A DNA stretch of 64,000 bases, from positions 43,152,001-43,216,000 of the forward strand of contig NC_043001.1 in the NCBI RefSeq assembly GCF_006345805.1, in the 5' to 3' direction. The DNA comes from Octopus sinensis. Its lineage: Eukaryota. Positions 63,489-64,000 of this stretch are shown piece by piece. Under the pieces are notes generated by a model, which worked only from the letters and a program-made list of their open reading frames with translations, made no database searches and had not been told where the DNA came from. Numbering within the stretch: position 1 is the stretch's first letter; every line of letters begins with the position of its first letter. The translations under genes and the position numbers were made by a program.

Positions 63489-64000
63489 TGCCCATAGTCT
63501 TCAGCTGCAGTAAAAAAAATAATTTTTTTAAAACGAGGATCCAACCCGGATCTTTTCCTTTTGAACGGCAGTTTCAAAAGGAAAATATCCCAAAAGCCAA
63601 ACAATATGAAATGATTCGTTACACGAAGAAACATTTTTATTTGAACTGATGAAGAATAAGTAAAAGGGCTAGAAAGCATTTGCGTTGGATATCTTTCAGT
63701 TTCAATCATTTCAGAATACTCATAAGTTGTTGCGGTCGTTGTGACCGAGAAAATGGATTAAAACTTTTCTAATGGAATTCCCCTATTTGTTCCGCCATTA
63801 AGACAACCAGTTGCTCACACAGCCGGCATATACCATTTCGCTAGCAACAAGGGGAATACAGGATGACAGTCAGCCAAAACTTTCGTTATGCTGTCTCTCT
63901 TGTTTCACTCACCTCTTTGTGGGGTTAATAATCTTAATCTTTAGTTACCATGTAGAGGTCTGGGATCTTTTCGGTTTGAACAGCAGTTTTTTTAAATAAT

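Overview
AT-rich, microsatellite-dense animal genomic DNA. The SINE, LINE and MITE landscape suggests an octopus or other coleoid cephalopod; this is inference, not a database result. One host gene is supported: a minus-strand nuclear IkB / BCL3-like gene. Seven coding exons can be joined by hand from 50319 to 37621, all GT-AG and phase-compatible, giving 550 codons with 6 ankyrin repeats. The terminal exon is unresolved. The rest of the window is mostly transposable elements. Retroelements: a near-intact APE+RT LINE ORF2 sitting in a (TA)n tract (14671-17765), RTE and CR1-like fragments, two Penelope-like remnants, a CRE-type (restriction-like endonuclease) remnant, a Gypsy-like LTR remnant and three tRNA-type SINE families. 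DNA elements: Tc1 (DD34E), maT-like, Tigger/pogo, piggyBac-like MITEs and non-autonomous Helitron/Helentron elements. Most notable observations: two convergent decayed minimal hammerhead-ribozyme motifs (~24.9-25.1 kb), a perfect 69-bp inverted duplication around a retroelement tail inside an IkB intron, a 62-nt micro-intron that rescues an apparent frameshift, an IRF-motif cluster upstream of the IkB gene, a near-identical ~1.3-kb tandem duplication and an ~840-bp foldback element. I found no CRISPR array, rRNA or true tRNA gene. I cannot claim a wholly new biological system from sequence alone.
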